From the NCBI RefSeq assembly GCF_009914755.1, contig NC_060940.1: a stretch of DNA of 64,000 nucleotides. One strand, written 5' to 3'. A program made the position numbers and the translations under genes. Positions 51,214-64,000 of this stretch are shown here, piece after piece (position 1 is the first letter of the stretch; each line of letters starts with the position of its first letter). Below the pieces are notes generated by a model, which was not told where the DNA came from, ran no database searches, and saw only the letters and a program-made list of their open reading frames with translations. Source of the DNA: the human T2T-CHM13v2.0 reference genome, Homo sapiens.

Positions 51214-51874
51214 AAATGTTATACTAAATATTAATATTTCATCCTCTGATTGGCCGTGATAATAGCATCAACTATGCTAAATTTCTAATAATACACATAT
51301 TTCTAATAATATGCATCTAATAGGGTTTATATTGTGATTATGTAAGAGAATATTCTTGTTCTTAAGAACAAGGGTCCTTAATCTGTCACAGGATTAGAGA
51401 TTTAAAGAATAAGGATCTCGATTCTGCAGCTTATCCTCAAATGTTCATTAATTATGTGTGAGTGTGGAGAGAGAGAAAGCAAACATGGCAAAATGCCACT
51501 TTTCAGTTGGTGAATTCAATTGGTGAATCTGGAAGAAGGATGTACAGGAGTTATTGTATGATTCTTGCAACTTTTTTGTACATTTGAATTTTTTTCAATA
51601 GAAAGTTAAAAATAATCATGGCACAGGTTTACAAAACCCTTGTAAACATTAGTGTTAACTACTTTTAAGCCATTATTGCTTTTCATTCTGATTGATGTTT
51701 TGAAAGTACTTTTCTTTTCCTCTGAGGCCTGTAAAATACGTGGACTATATTAATCAGTGATCTTTCAAAAACAAAGACTGAGGCCCAAACATTAAACCTA
51801 GATGGAAATCTGATTTTTAAAAATTCACAAATAATGCCAGATTTCATTTAAAAGACTTTTTTTCCCCCTTCTAG

Positions 51875-52006
51875 TTGGTTGAAATGTTGGATATGTCTGT
51901 CCCTGCAGTTGCTAAATTGAGACGTCTTTTAGATAGTCTTCCAAGGGAAGCTTTACCAGACATCTTGACATCAATTATCCGAACAAGCAACAAAGAGAAA
52001 CTCCAG
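51875..52006 (+). CDS. LONP2: LONP2 coding exon 3 (c.469-600): LVEMLDMSVP...SNKEKLQ
   Basis: ctag|TTG ... CAG|gtacag; 132 nt, phase 0-0. Confidence 0.96.
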
Positions 52007-52194
52007 GTACAGTGTTCCCTTTTGAACGCCAGGTTGCTTTGTCACTTTTTATTGAGATCTAGATAGTGAGTAGTTAAGTTTTGACCTTCAAGAAAAAGAT
52101 ATTGGAGACCCAAAGTAATTGAAATGCTTTTACATTTAAACTGACTTTCAAATGTGATTGTTTTATATTTTTGTTGACACAAGCAGCTCTTTTA

Positions 52195-53643
<1,449 letters not shown>

Positions 53644-53882
53644 TCATTTTAAAGTGAAAAACCAAGATCCTGTTTTTTCTTTCTTTTTTAAGGATTCTGA
53701 TATTCATCTCAAACAACCTTGCTGATTAATATAGTTCATTTGGTTGTCTTAGCCATAGTGTAGCTTTGAATACTGTTAATAATTTTTTTTTAACTTGGCA
53801 ATTTAAACCATGGCTCTGACTGTCTGTTTTTGGATTGTGTGTTTCTGAGAGAGATCCTATTGATTGACTCACATTTCCTTAG

Positions 53883-54005
53883 ATTTTAGATGCTGTGAGC
53901 CTAGAGGAGCGGTTCAAGATGACTATACCACTGCTTGTCAGACAAATTGAAGGCCTGAAATTGCTTCAAAAAACCAGAAAACCCAAGCAAGATGATGATA
54001 AGAGG
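53883..54005 (+). CDS. LONP2: LONP2 coding exon 4 (c.601-723): ILDAVSLEERFKMTIPLL...QDDDKR
   Basis: ttag|ATT ... AGG|gtaaat; 123 nt, phase 0-0. Confidence 0.96.
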
Positions 54006-55518
54006 GTAAATATTTATTTTAACCCATTTCAGTTTTGAAAAAAAAATAAGGAGAATAAAGAGAGGAACAAAGAAGAAAAGTTTATTGTCTCCTACCACTC
54101 GCACTACTGATAAAATTTAGGTGTTTCCCTCTCATCCTTTTCTTTGCCTGGATTTTTTTTTAAAGCATGTAAGCATTTTTCTCACTTTGTTTTGGTTATC
54201 ATCCAAAAGGATAATTTACTGAGCCATTTCCCCTTTTGTGTTGTTTCCAATGTTTTGTGTATTGTAAACACTAACAAATAACTATGATGGGTGTCTTTGA
54301 GTATAACATTTTTTTACTGCATGTAATACTAAGAAACTAATACAAAACTCTTTCTTAAAAGGACTATATGTTGTGTCAAAATTTGGCTGTTTTCAACTTA
54401 TAATAAGTTTCCATTTTTATTTAGTCAAACTCTTGATCTTTTTTTGTTTTCTAAGCTTAAGTCCTCTAACCTTCAGTGGCTTGATAAATATTCACTTTCC
54501 TTTCAGTTTAATTTTAGTTGATTTTTTAAAAAGTATTTAATTCTTTAACCCATATATTATTTTGAAGACAGCAGTTGTATTTTTCCCTCAAATAGCTTTT
54601 TGTTTGACTCAACACCACTAATTAAATAATCCTTCCCATCCCCATTATCATCTATTACATTTATATGTATGATGGGATCTGTTTGAAGTCTACCTTGATC
54701 TGCTGATTTTACTATTTTTATGTCTGGACAGAGTTTATATTAGGAAGATATATTTGATGTGGACAGGATGTGAAAATGGCATTTCTCTGAAGGTGTTGAG
54801 ATGCAGCGCTCTGACTTAAGTTGAGGCGTTGAGAATTATGTTAGCAATTTGACGTTCATCAGCGCAGAAGTCTTGTCATCAAAGAGAATACATTGTAGAG
54901 AAAGCGGAGCAGAAGGGAAGAACTCCTCCCCGGTGGGACTAGAGAAGGGGCAGTCAAGTAGGCTGAGGAGAGAGATAGGAACAGTGATGATCATGCTGGC
55001 GATTAGTACTCCAGGACACCATGCTGTTTAAAACATGCAGAAAGCTGGATTATTTCTGGCTTGAGATCAGGTCAGGGACTCAATTACTCATTTTGTATAG
55101 AGAGACAAATCCACTGGGAGTTGCAGAAAACTGCAACTTACTCTCAGTAAAGTTTGCCATCACTTAAAATGAAAGTTTTTCAAAAGTGCTCCAGAAAATA
55201 AGCAAGAGACAGTTATTTAAAAAGTAGGAATTAGGATAATATTTGGAGTTAACCTAAAACTCTCTCCTTTTTGTTCCCCTAAGAGTTGAAAAGCACTGTT
55301 TTAGCAGTCAGGAAGGAAAAATGCATTAAAAAGTGCTTTTGTCTTAACAATGAAATCACTGATATGCTTATAAAAATCTCACTTTTAAAAAATATATAAT
55401 ATGTTCAGTTTTTTATTTATAATATTTTATCTGCTGATGACTTATGTAAGAATAAAAGCATATATTTAGTACTTGTGTTTTTATAAAATTAAATTTTTAT
55501 TTACTGCTTTATGTTTTA

Positions 55519-55873
<355 letters not shown>

Positions 55874-56688
55874 ATGTTCTGGGGGCTTTTAAATTAAATG
55901 CTAGTATATAATTTTGCTCCAGTAGTGGTTGTTTATTCATGAATTTCAAGGAGCATATAAGGTAGTTTTAACATATGATAGAGAGATCATAGAGAATACA
56001 AAGGCCATTTGACTTTGCACAGAATATGTTTTTTAGATTTGAAAGAACAATTTTGGCAGGATGGGAACAGATGCCGAAGGCTCACTGAAGTAATTGATGA
56101 GGTAGGGGATCTGGTGGTTATAGCCACTTGCTGGAGAAGCAGAACTTCACAAGAAAGGAAGTAAATAGTGCGATAGTTAACTAGAAGAAACTAGAGGTAA
56201 GAAAAAAATATTTTGAAAGCAGGAAAGCTTTGAAGACAAAATAGAGCCAGTGGTGGAAAGGTTGAAGATGCTAGGAAGAAATTTTGTAATGTAGGAGATA
56301 AAATGGAATTTTTTTCAGTCACCAAATGGTAAGAAGTAATGTATTTCAAGAAAATAGTGGCTGCAATAGTAGCTCAAAGAAAGGTAATTCCTAGATGGTT
56401 TAATTATTTCTAGTATCCAGTTCCTTGAAATTTGTTTTCTCATGCAAGTATTATTGTAAGCATATACCAAAGAATCATGTCTACCTTACGTTGGTCTACT
56501 TCTGCAATTCTGCTGCCTCTCTGTATACAACTGCCTTTTGATTATCATTCTGAACTTCACTTCCTAAAGATAGAGACTGTAGTCATAAAAATATTTATTC
56601 AGCACCAGTCATAATCTTATGTGTACCTGGGTACTTCGTTTCCAATTTATTTTGACATACGGTTTTACTTTTCTGCTTTCTATGTTAG

Positions 56689-56852
56689 GTTATAGCAATA
56701 CGCCCTATTAGGAGAATTACACATATCTCAGGTACTTTAGAAGATGAAGATGAAGATGAAGATAATGATGACATTGTCATGCTAGAGAAAAAAATACGAA
56801 CATCTAGTATGCCAGAGCAGGCCCATAAAGTCTGTGTCAAAGAGATAAAGAG
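56689..56852 (+). CDS. LONP2: LONP2 coding exon 5 (c.724-887): VIAIRPIRR...EDEDEDEDNDD...VKEIK(R)
   Basis: ttag|GTT ... AG|gtaaat; 164 nt; acidic tract encoded by (GAAGAT)n. Confidence 0.96.
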
Positions 56853-58042
56853 GTAAATTATAAAAGGCATTTGTTCATTATTGTTTTCATTCTTGGTACT
56901 CCTGATTAACACCACTTTCACTACTCTTTTCTCCAATACTGAGGATACATAATACAAATCTTCCACCTGCAGTGTGCTGTCAGGCAATATAACTCTTGCA
57001 GCTGCCTTTTTGTTGTCTGAAAGAACAGACCATGCTTCTTTGTTTATACGTAATGTTTGTTCAGTTAGCATCATATTCTTCACATGTGACTTTTCTTCTC
57101 TAGATTATAAACTCTCAAGGGCAAGGACTGTCCATTTCTCTTTGTACAAGACAAAGTACAGGGAAACCTTGATAACAGAATAGGATATATGGGTTGATTA
57201 CATTTTCTGGATATCCCCAGTGTTAAACTGAAAGCCATTTTTCCTTTGCATACTTTTAACTTTATAACTCTTATTACATTTTCTTTTATTAGTGAATTGT
57301 AGTGAGCCTGCTTGAATGCTTAGTGACTTAATATTTGACTTTCTGAGGCTTACAGTTAAGAACATTAGTAATTGTAGTTGATGGGTATTTTATATTGCCT
57401 CTGACATTAGTTAATATATGTAGAACATTTATTATGTGCAGAACACTTTGCTAAGCATTGCATATATTATGGAAGTAGCATTTGTTATTAAATATATGAT
57501 ATTAGCTTGCTTTTATGAGCAGACCTCACTCATCTCTGATACAAAAAAAAATGTATTGTATTATGCATAGTTAGGCACTTACATCTTATTGTGATAAGTA
57601 AACCAATGGATATATGTCACTTGACTATCCCTGTGAGCTTAAAAGGGACACACACTAGTAAGGCCATATTTCCAGGTTAGAATTAGATATAATGTTTTCT
57701 CCTGCAGTTTGCAGGTATCTGCCTTATTTTGTTTTGTAAGTACCTTAAGTACTTAGAAAATATGAGAATACTTTGTAGAGAAAGCAGAGCAGAAGGGAAG
57801 AACCCCTCCCTGGTGGGACTCCAGAAGGGGCAGTTAAGTAGGCTGGGGAGAGAGATAGGAGTGGTGATCATTACATTACAAAACAAAATAAACGTTTTAT
57901 TATCTGGATACTTTAAAACTTTTTCAGATTTGTTTAAACATGCATGATATATCTAACCAAGAAAGAGAGCTGTGTTTGATTTTTCTGTTATGGAATTTTT
58001 CTGTGTTCTTGAACATGTTTGCTGTGTATTCTTTCTCCACAG

Positions 58043-58137
58043 ACTCAAAAAAATGCCTCAGTCAATGCCAGAATATGCTCTGACTAGAAATTATTTGGAA
58101 CTTATGGTAGAACTTCCTTGGAACAAAAGTACAACTG
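58043..58137 (+). CDS. LONP2: LONP2 coding exon 6 (c.888-982): LKKMPQSMPEYALTRNYLELMVELPWNKSTT; gene continues off the right edge
   Basis: acag|A CTC ... ACT G|gtaagc; conserved Lon motif RNYL.....LPW preceding the AAA+ domain. Confidence 0.97.
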
Positions 58138-58469
58138 GTAAGCCAAAAAATAACACCTGTTTTGCAGTCTAATTGTCACTCAGAAAGCTCATGCAATTTT
58201 TCATTTCAAATTTACTCCACTGATTGTCGTACTGTTAAATTATTTTTGTTTTCAATTTTTTTGAAACCATTTTATTGAAGTGTGATTGTCGTACAAAAAG
58301 CTGTATATAATTAATGAATACATCTCAGTGAGTTTCAGAATAAGTATACACCCATGAAACCATCACAATCTTCATAGCCATAAACATATCCGTCACCTCC
58401 AAAGTTTCCTCCTACCTCTTTTGTGATTATTATTATCATCATTATTATTGGCTTTTTTCTTTTGGTGCT

Positions 58470-63180
<4,711 letters not shown>

Positions 63181-64000
63181 CCCCATTCATAATTTCTGAA
63201 AGAGAAGTTTACCTACCAAGTAGAGATCTCAGATAGTAACCGAAAACAAAAAGGAAAGCAGAGAGGAAAGAGTTGTAGGAAATATGTTTGCAGATTTTCC
63301 CAGCTTAGAGGAGTCAGTAGATACCATTTCAATCTTCTAATTATAAATAAGGAAATTTATATTGAAATTTGAAAAATTTTTTACATGTAATCACATGTTA
63401 TTCAAAACAGGAAGCATGCTTTCTGAATCATTAAAGAGAATAATTAGAAAAATATATCCTGTATAGAAAAGATAGAAAATAATTTATACAGCATGGAAAT
63501 CACCTTTACTTAAAAGATTGAAAGAACTTTTAAAATTGTCTTTACTTGGCATATTTCTTGCAAGAAATTTCTTCACAGTGTTTTCAGTCTTTTCTAAATT
63601 ATCTTGACTTTTATTCTTACCTTACTGAATGTGTTAATCATGAATGGATAACGCATTATAACAAGTACCTTTTTAGGTACAAGATGATATTTTGATGGAA
63701 ACTTACTCTTCTTGAACATGATGACATTGATGACCTAACACTGAACCATGTTTGCATAACTAAAATAAATCCCACTGGGACTTAGTATATTATTCTTTAT
63801 AGATTTGATTTACTAGCATTTTAATATTTACAGCTATATAAAAAGATTTGTCTGAGGTTTTCTTTTATGTTTACTGTGGTAGGTTTTAGTGTCAGGGCTA
63901 GCACTGTGAAACAATTGAGAAACTCTCTATCTTTCACTTCTTCATATATTCATTGGTTGGGTTCTGGAGCCAGGAAAGGGGGAAGAAATTTTAGTTGTTC

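Noticed and set aside
56740-56772. (GAAGAT)n coding repeat in LONP2
   Set aside because: Normal acidic tract of the protein; no sign of expansion

Overview
Human (primate) genomic DNA, recognisable as the 16q12.1 ABCC11/LONP2 locus. The minus strand carries the first 12 coding exons of ABCC11 (MRP8, ABC-C transporter). They run from the ATG at 26729 through TMD1 into NBD1 (Walker A GNTGSGKS) and continue off the left edge; all have GT-AG boundaries and join in frame. The plus strand carries the first 6 coding exons of the peroxisomal Lon protease LONP2 (ATG 39197 in a CpG island), running off the right edge. This haplotype has Arg (AGG) at ABCC11 codon 180, i.e. the c.538A dry-earwax/low-body-odour allele. 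The rest is dense with Alu, L1, L2/MIR, LTR and DNA-transposon relics, including a human-specific AluYb8, a MER85, an internally deleted MADE1 hairpin and a MER11 solo LTR. Nearly all ORF-track entries outside the exons are repeat artefacts. I found no convincing previously undescribed gene system. The best leads are a ~460-bp tandem duplication in LONP2 intron 1 that duplicates an antisense splice donor (probable distal ABCC11 first exon), an in-frame alternative donor that would bypass ABCC11 coding exon 8, and several small local duplications. Repeat subfamily calls are from memory of consensus sequences, not from a search.
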